Below are positions 36,891 to 39,025 of a DNA stretch of 39,025 nucleotides, one piece after another. This stretch comes from a virus (taxonomy: Duplodnaviria > Caudoviricetes): IMG/VR virus record IMGVR_UViG_3300005323_000028, positions 1 to 39,025 of that record; one strand, written 5' to 3'. The notes under the pieces are model-generated. The model saw nothing but the letters and a program-made list of their open reading frames with translations, did no database searches and had not been told where the DNA came from. Made by a program: the position numbers and the translations under genes. Position 1 is the stretch's first letter, and every line of letters starts with the position of its first letter.

Positions 36891-37096
36891 TTTGTCCTCC
36901 GGTTTTCTCTTCTCTTAAAATTTTTAATCTCTAATTTTAATTCTTTAATTTCTTCAGTTTCTCTTTTTGTTTCTTCTACCAATGCCGCAATTACCGTCTG
37001 TAACCCTGATAGTATCTTCTCAAATCTAAGTAAAAGGTAAGAGGATAGGGCGATAGGAAAGCCAAAGTTGGTGATTATATTAAAAAATTCTTCCAA
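36887..37096 (-). CDS. YvrJ-like / holin-like membrane protein
   Basis: NFGFPIALSSYLLLRFEK followed by a coiled coil; GGAGG upstream of a TTG start. Confidence 0.65.
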   Translation of the reverse strand: MEEFFNIITNFGFPIALSSYLLLRFEKILSGLQTVIAALVEETKRETEEIKELKLEIKNFKRRENRRTK

Positions 37097-37105
37097 TATG
37101 TCCTC

Positions 37106-37801
37106 CTATAATGTACTAAGACGGGATATTTGTAATAAGCGGTCCTTTAACTGTTGGCACTCCGTCTCTTTTCCTGCCAATAACTCTTTAAGTTTGATTA
37201 ATTCTTGATTGTCGGGCTGAATTTCTGGTTTTGGAGCTACCCAAGCTATCCCTAAATAAGAGACAACACCTCTGGCTACCCCTTTTGCTAAGTTATATAG
37301 GCCCTGTTCTGATGATAATATGGCTCTGTCCTCATCTGTATTGATAAAACCAAGCTCCATTAAGCACGCTAGCGGTTTAGTATCATGCACGAATCCTAAT
37401 CTGCCCCAAACATTGGCATATCTTTCATCTTTAACTCCTCTCTTCTTACTCATCCCTGATTCTGCGGCAAGGGCATCTAACAGGAATGAAGCAAAACTTT
37501 TACTCTCTTCACTCTCTCTATAATACCAGCCTTCTAAACCGTATCCGCTGTTTGGCTTGGCACTAGAATTGATGTGTATTTCGGTACAAATATCAATTTG
37601 GGCTGACCTATCATTTATCCATTTAATCGTTTCTACTAGATTTAAAGATGATGGTGGATTCAGTACTCCCACTCCATGAGCTTTGATAATTGGTGTAGCT
37701 AGAGCCACAATCTTTTCTACCAAATCTCTCTCTACTAAACCGTTATAAACTACTCCCGGATCTTTGTCGCTATGGCCGGCTGATAATGCAATAACTTTCA
37801 T
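37106..37801 (-). CDS. Endolysin, N-acetylmuramoyl-L-alanine amidase (Amidase_3)
   Basis: IALSAGH, E, EIHINS and LMELGFINT motifs; C-terminal coiled coil. Confidence 0.9.
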   Translation of the reverse strand: MKVIALSAGHSDKDPGVVYNGLVERDLVEKIVALATPIIKAHGVGVLNPPSSLNLVETIKWINDRSAQIDICTEIHINSSAKPNSGYGLEGWYYRESEESKSFASFLLDALAAESGMSKKRGVKDERYANVWGRLGFVHDTKPLACLMELGFINTDEDRAILSSEQGLYNLAKGVARGVVSYLGIAWVAPKPEIQPDNQELIKLKELLAGKETECQQLKDRLLQISRLSTL

Positions 37802-37818
37802 ATTATAATTATAAACTA

Positions 37819-38902
37819 TTAATTGTATCTCGTCTTTATCCCCAATTCTTTTCTAAGCTCTGGTGATAAATTTCTAGCTACATTATCTACATAAGTTTGA
37901 CCTCTTGGACCTAAGCCTGATGGTGTATCTCCTTTCGTTTCTGCTCCTGTTGGACCTACATTATGAGCTGCAATGGCTCGGTTTATATCTCCATCAAATT
38001 TCTTCAAGTTTCTCTTCAATTCTTCTACTAACCAATTAATAGCAAACTCCGTATCATCAGCTTGCTCGTCTGAAACTTCAGGATGAGATTTGCTATTGAT
38101 TTGAGCTATACCCCTATCTACTCCATTCTCTCCACCGTCATTTCTAGCATCTGGTTTGTATCCACTCTCCTGCCAAAGCATAGCGGCTACCACTTGTGGT
38201 TTAGCAACACCGTCTTTAGTATTTTCTTTGATTACCTTATCGGTTGATTCATCTGGCTTTCTTTGGATCAAACCTTTGTAGGTAACATCATCATCTACTG
38301 CTTCACCTACTCCCTCTCTGGCTGTACCAGTCGGTATAATTTCTTCTTCTGGTTTTACTTCAGTTTGTTTTAATGATTCTCTAACTTCTTCTTCCTTTCC
38401 TAGATCAAATCCCAAGATTCTTTTCTCTACTTTGTTTCCCATGTTTCTGTAATACCAATCAGTATCACTCTCTCTTAATGCTAACATAGCGTTGTAGTAC
38501 TCCCTCTTCTGATCACTATTTAATCTTTCTGCTGTTATCCCTTCAATCGGATTTTTAAGATATTCTCTCTTCTGATCTCCGGGCAAAATAGCGTTTACTT
38601 TACCTAAAAACTTTTCAAATTTAGTTCTAATATCTTTGGACCAAGTTAATTTCTTTTGTGTTCCCTCTAATCCTTCAGCGGCATAGGCTTCTTTGACTAG
38701 CTTAAAACTAAATGGTTTCTTCTCTTCTACTGGTAAAGCTGATTCAGTTTTCTTTAATTCTCTTAAATTTTTTCTCCTTCTTTTCTCCGCATCACTTGTC
38801 CACGAATGAAATCCTTTTGGTTTTTCTCCGGTTTCAATCATGTTCATAATCTTTAAGGCTTCGTTTCTCATCTCTAAAGCCTTTTCTGGATCTGTCTCTA
38901 TA
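37819..38902 (-). CDS. C-terminal part of the giant polyvalent protein, with lytic transglycosylase (SLT) domain
   Basis: In frame with 7583->1 across the junction; AAMLWQESG, GIAQIN and AIAAHNVGP match SLT motifs. Confidence 0.88.
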
Positions 38903-39025
38903 TCAATCTTTCGGTAATCTCTCATTATTTCTTCAAAGTCGTTGGTAAGCATGTACATTCGGTAAAGCTCATCCGGATCTTCTACTTCTTTTATACCCTT
39001 CTGATAAGCATTGTAATCTTGCTCG
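38903..39025. repeat. Terminal direct repeat, copy 2 (circular assembly overlap)
   Basis: Identical to 1-123. Confidence 0.95.

Noticed and set aside
37819-38958. Stand-alone 379-aa transglycosylase gene starting at 38958
   Set aside because: The ATG is internal, because the frame continues upstream across the junction to 7583.
1-39025. CRISPR array, diversity-generating retroelement, retron or intron
   Set aside because: I saw no regularly spaced repeats, no reverse transcriptase motifs, no TR/VR pair and no split core genes.
1-39025. Stop-codon reassignment
   Set aside because: Core genes are intact under the standard code, TAA, TGA and TAG all end tightly packed genes, and the 1-7583 gap is explained by the junction-spanning gene.

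Overview
The window is an apparently complete, circularly assembled, AT-rich phage genome of about 38.9 kb (bases 1-123 are identical to 38903-39025). It has a podovirus-like layout, with almost all genes on the minus strand: TerS, TerL, portal, scaffold, N4-gp56-family major capsid protein, head-tail adaptor, tail/lectin proteins, nozzle, ejection proteins and an Amidase_3 lysis module. It also carries a metallophosphoesterase, several HNH-type proteins, a DUF1064 nuclease, an SSB-like protein and a tRNA-Thr(UGU). The ORF track misses the largest gene, a ~2888-aa multidomain 'polyvalent' protein spanning the assembly junction (7583->1, then 38902->37819) with ART-like, ParB-like, HExxH zincin, LPD38-like and lytic transglycosylase motifs. 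No polymerase, helicase, primase, integrase or repressor is recognisable. The strongest unexplained signal is a covarying hairpin (A-Y-C-R-G-AAAWA-C-Y-G-R-A) that occurs four times, always 15-17 nt downstream of a TATAAT box in front of late genes. Two copies abut an intrinsic terminator inside a conserved three-stem leader, suggesting an undescribed attenuation/antitermination system. Other oddities are widespread TATAAT-N5-7-ATG (leaderless-like) starts, an inverted-repeat-flanked antisense two-gene cassette, a promoter-driven small RNA and a D-arm-less tRNA-like element. All family assignments come from motif recognition by eye, not database searches.
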